From the NCBI GenBank assembly GCA_044220955.1, contig JBGAQA010000063.1:1-38703 (forward strand): a stretch of 38,703 nucleotides of DNA, read 5' to 3'. Positions within the stretch are counted from its first letter, which is position 1, and each line of letters starts with the position of its first letter. Shown in pieces: positions 36,458 to 38,703 of this stretch. The position numbers and the translations under genes are program-made. Under the pieces are notes generated by a model. That model had not been told where the DNA came from. It saw only the letters and a list, made by a program, of their open reading frames with translations, and did no database searches. The stretch comes from Sandaracinaceae bacterium. GTDB taxonomy: Bacteria > Myxococcota_A > Polyangia > Polyangiales > Sandaracinaceae.

Positions 36458-37690
36458 ATGTCCTCGCCCGCGCCGATCCCCCCCGAAGCCCAGCTCGCCG
36501 AGCTCGAGCACGGCGTCGTCGACCTCGTCTCGCGCGAGGATCTGCTCTCGCGCCTGAAGGAGGGTCGCCCGCTCCGCGTCAAGGCCGGCTTCGACCCCAC
36601 GCGGCCGGACCTGCACCTCGGCCACGCCGTGCTGATGGCGAAGATGCGCCAGTTCCAGCAGCTCGGGCACGAGGTGGTCTTCATCGTGGGCGACTTCACG
36701 GCCTCGATCGGCGACCCGAGCGGCAAGAGCAAGACGCGCCCGCCGCTCTCGCGCGAGGAGATCGAGGCGGGCGCGAAGAGCTACGCCGAGCAGGCGTTCA
36801 AGATCCTCGACCGCGACCGGACGCGGATCGAGTTCAACGACACCTGGCTCGGCACGATGAGGTTCGCCGACGTCGTGCGCCTCGCGGGCAAGTACACGCT
36901 GGCGCGCATGATGGAGCGCCAGGACTTCAAGATGCGCTGGGAGCGCGGCGACGCGATCTCCATCCACGAGCTGCTCTACCCGCTGGCGCAGGCGCAGGAC
37001 TCCGTGTTCCTGAGCGCGGACGTCGAGCTCGGCGGTACCGACCAGCTCTTCAACCTCATGGTCGGCCGCGACCTGATGAGGGAGAACGGCCAGCGTCCGC
37101 AGATCGTGATGACGACGCCCATCCTCGAGGGCCTCACCGCCCACGCGGACGAGAAGGGCCAGATCGTCGGCGACAAGATGAGCAAGTCGCTCGACAACTA
37201 CGTCGGCCTGACCGAGCCCGCGAGCGAGCAGGTCGGCAAGCTGATGAGCATCTCGGACCCGCTGCTCTGGCGCTACGTGACGCTGCTCGGGCCGATCCTC
37301 GGCGGCGAGACGACGGCGACGCTGCTCGCGATGAAGGGCGCGCCGCGCGAGGCCAAGCTCGCGTTCGCCGAGGCCATCGCGCGGGCCTTCCACGGCGAGG
37401 GCGAGGCGCGGCGCGCGCGGGACGGATGGGAGAAGCAGTTCTCCCGCAAGGAGCGGCCCGACGAGATCCCCGAGGTCCGCGTGGAGCCGGGCGGGGAGCC
37501 GCTGACGATCGTGCGGGCGCTGGTCGTGGCTGGCCTGGCGGCCTCGAACGGGGAGGCGCGCCGCAAGATCGACGAGGGCGCCGTGAAGCTCGAGGGCGAG
37601 ACGACCATCAAGGACCCCAAGCAGGTGCTCGCGGCCGGCCGGCACGTGCTCAAGCTCGGCCGGAAGTGGGCGGCGCTGATCGTGGGCTGA
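36458..37690 (+). CDS. tyrS: Tyrosine--tRNA ligase
   Basis: KAGFDPT..DLHLGH (HIGH), ELGGTDQLFN, KMSKS, C-terminal S4-like domain. Confidence 0.97.
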   Translation: MSSPAPIPPEAQLAELEHGVVDLVSREDLLSRLKEGRPLRVKAGFDPTRPDLHLGHAVLMAKMRQFQQLGHEVVFIVGDFTASIGDPSGKSKTRPPLSREEIEAGAKSYAEQAFKILDRDRTRIEFNDTWLGTMRFADVVRLAGKYTLARMMERQDFKMRWERGDAISIHELLYPLAQAQDSVFLSADVELGGTDQLFNLMVGRDLMRENGQRPQIVMTTPILEGLTAHADEKGQIVGDKMSKSLDNYVGLTEPASEQVGKLMSISDPLLWRYVTLLGPILGGETTATLLAMKGAPREAKLAFAEAIARAFHGEGEARRARDGWEKQFSRKERPDEIPEVRVEPGGEPLTIVRALVVAGLAASNGEARRKIDEGAVKLEGETTIKDPKQVLAAGRHVLKLGRKWAALIVG

Positions 37691-37716
37691 CGCCCTCGGC
37701 CTGCTACGATGGACGA

Positions 37717-38361
37717 ATGGCCTTTCCTCGCTTGGTGGGTGCGCTCGGGGTCGTGACGGCGATGGTCCTCGGTGGGTGTCCGTCGGCGACCACGAGGACG
37801 GACGACGCGGGCGCGGGGAACGACGCCGCGTCCGCCGTCGACGCCGCGTCCGCGGTGGACTCCGGGGCGGCGGCCTCGTGGGCCGCGTGCACGCTGACGA
37901 GCGAGTGCACCCTGGCGAGCGCCGGTTGCTGCTCGCCCTGCGGCACGCCCTCGCTCGACGAGCTCGACGCGATCAACGCGTCGATGCGCGACGCGCACTT
38001 CGTGGAGGTCTGCCCGGTGCCCGAGCCCTGTCCGCGCTGCGCGACGGGGAGCAACCCGAACCTCGTCACCTCGTGCGAGGCGTCGCTCTGCGTCGGCCAC
38101 GACGTCTCGACGATGCCGCTCAGCGCGTGCACCGCCGACTCGGACTGCATGATCCGCTACGCCAACTGCTGCAGCTGCAGCGGCACCGAGTCGGAGGTGA
38201 TCAGCGTGCGCGCCGACGCCGAGGCCGCGATCGAGCGGCTTCTCTGCGACGGAGGCTTCTGTCCGCTCGACTGCGCGCCGCGTCCCGACCCGAACTTCGC
38301 GCCCGTCTGCGATCCCACGACGCGCCACTGCGTCGCGAACCGCGTCACGATCGGCCCCTGA
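37717..38361 (+). CDS. Cys-rich lipoprotein with two internal CxxxxxC...CCxxC repeats
   Basis: Lipobox LGGC, DAG/DAA stalk, ACTLTSEC..GCCSPC and ACTADSDC..NCCSC repeats. Confidence 0.78.
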   Translation: MAFPRLVGALGVVTAMVLGGCPSATTRTDDAGAGNDAASAVDAASAVDSGAAASWAACTLTSECTLASAGCCSPCGTPSLDELDAINASMRDAHFVEVCPVPEPCPRCATGSNPNLVTSCEASLCVGHDVSTMPLSACTADSDCMIRYANCCSCSGTESEVISVRADAEAAIERLLCDGGFCPLDCAPRPDPNFAPVCDPTTRHCVANRVTIGP

Positions 38362-38374
38362 GCTCGATCGAGAG

Positions 38375-38462
38375 CCCTCGCCCCGCGAGCGGGGAGAGGG
38401 TTGGGTGAGGCGCCCGAGCTCGGAAGCGCTCTCCCACGAAGTGGGAGAGGGTTGGGTGAGGG
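38375..38462. repeat. Two REP-like palindromic repeats (CCCTC...GGGAGAGGGTTGGGTGAGG)
   Basis: Copies at about 38375-38410 and 38429-38462, each with a hairpin and a shared GGGAGAGGGTTGGGTGAGG tail, between convergent genes. Confidence 0.8.
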
Positions 38463-38467
38463 CCCCC

Positions 38468-38703
38468 TCAGGACGAGGGCCACATCTGGGCGGTGTCGCA
38501 GGTGGCGGTGAACACGCCCTCGTTCGCGTGCACGACGACGTTCACGCGGAGCGGGCCGCCGATTGCGAGCACGGCTCCGCTCGGGTCGTCGCCCAGGCCC
38601 GCGAAGTACTCGAGCCGCGTCGTCGTCCCCGCGGCGAGCGCGCCGTCGAAGGGCAGGGTGCCCTGCGTGGAGAAGTCGAGCAGGCCGCGGTCGACCGGCG
38701 AGA
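38468..38703 (-). CDS. C-terminal fragment of a hypothetical protein (continues beyond the window)
   Basis: Open frame ...SPVDRGLLDFSTQGTLPFDG...TATCDTAQMWPSS* with high GC3 codon pattern. Confidence 0.6.
   Translation of the reverse strand, partial: SPVDRGLLDFSTQGTLPFDGALAAGTTTRLEYFAGLGDDPSGAVLAIGGPLRVNVVVHANEGVFTATCDTAQMWPSS

Overview
GC-rich bacterial DNA whose gene content looks myxobacterial (Polyangiales/Sandaracinus-like; inferred from HRDVSPQN-type Ser/Thr kinase, DAG-rich lipoproteins, FHA-rich operons). The left ~11 kb is accessory. It holds a MITE-like repeat end, a membrane flavodoxin, a nucleotidyltransferase overlapping a small helical/ART-like fusion gene, a Zn-finger SDR, a tandem-repeat lipoprotein, a PEGA Ser/Thr kinase, a GHKL-ATPase/HExxH-metallopeptidase fusion followed by a Phd-VapC toxin-antitoxin pair, and an APC permease. 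The centre (11.5-24.6 kb) is an atypical Tad/Flp pilus operon behind a sigma54-like promoter. It has two Flp-like pilins, TadV, a TadE-like pilin, CpaB, a compact secretin, an FHA-TadA fusion with a GYPQQQQ linker, TadB, TadC, two more FHA membrane proteins, a TPR lipoprotein, a second TadA ATPase and a lipoprotein, and no recognisable TadZ/CpaE. It resembles the predation-associated Kil Tad system. Short ORFs overlap the stop and start codons at the ATPase gene junctions, and one carries a duplicated end plus mutually exclusive hairpins over the tadB RBS. The right part is mostly housekeeping: Maf, 1-Cys DksA, penicillin-acylase-family lipoprotein, two-component pair, ychF, TAXI receptor, RlmI-like MTase, rsmE, IHF/HU, tyrS, a Cys-rich lipoprotein and REP-like repeats. 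No CRISPR array, rRNA or tRNA was seen. All calls come from reading motifs by eye; no searches were run.
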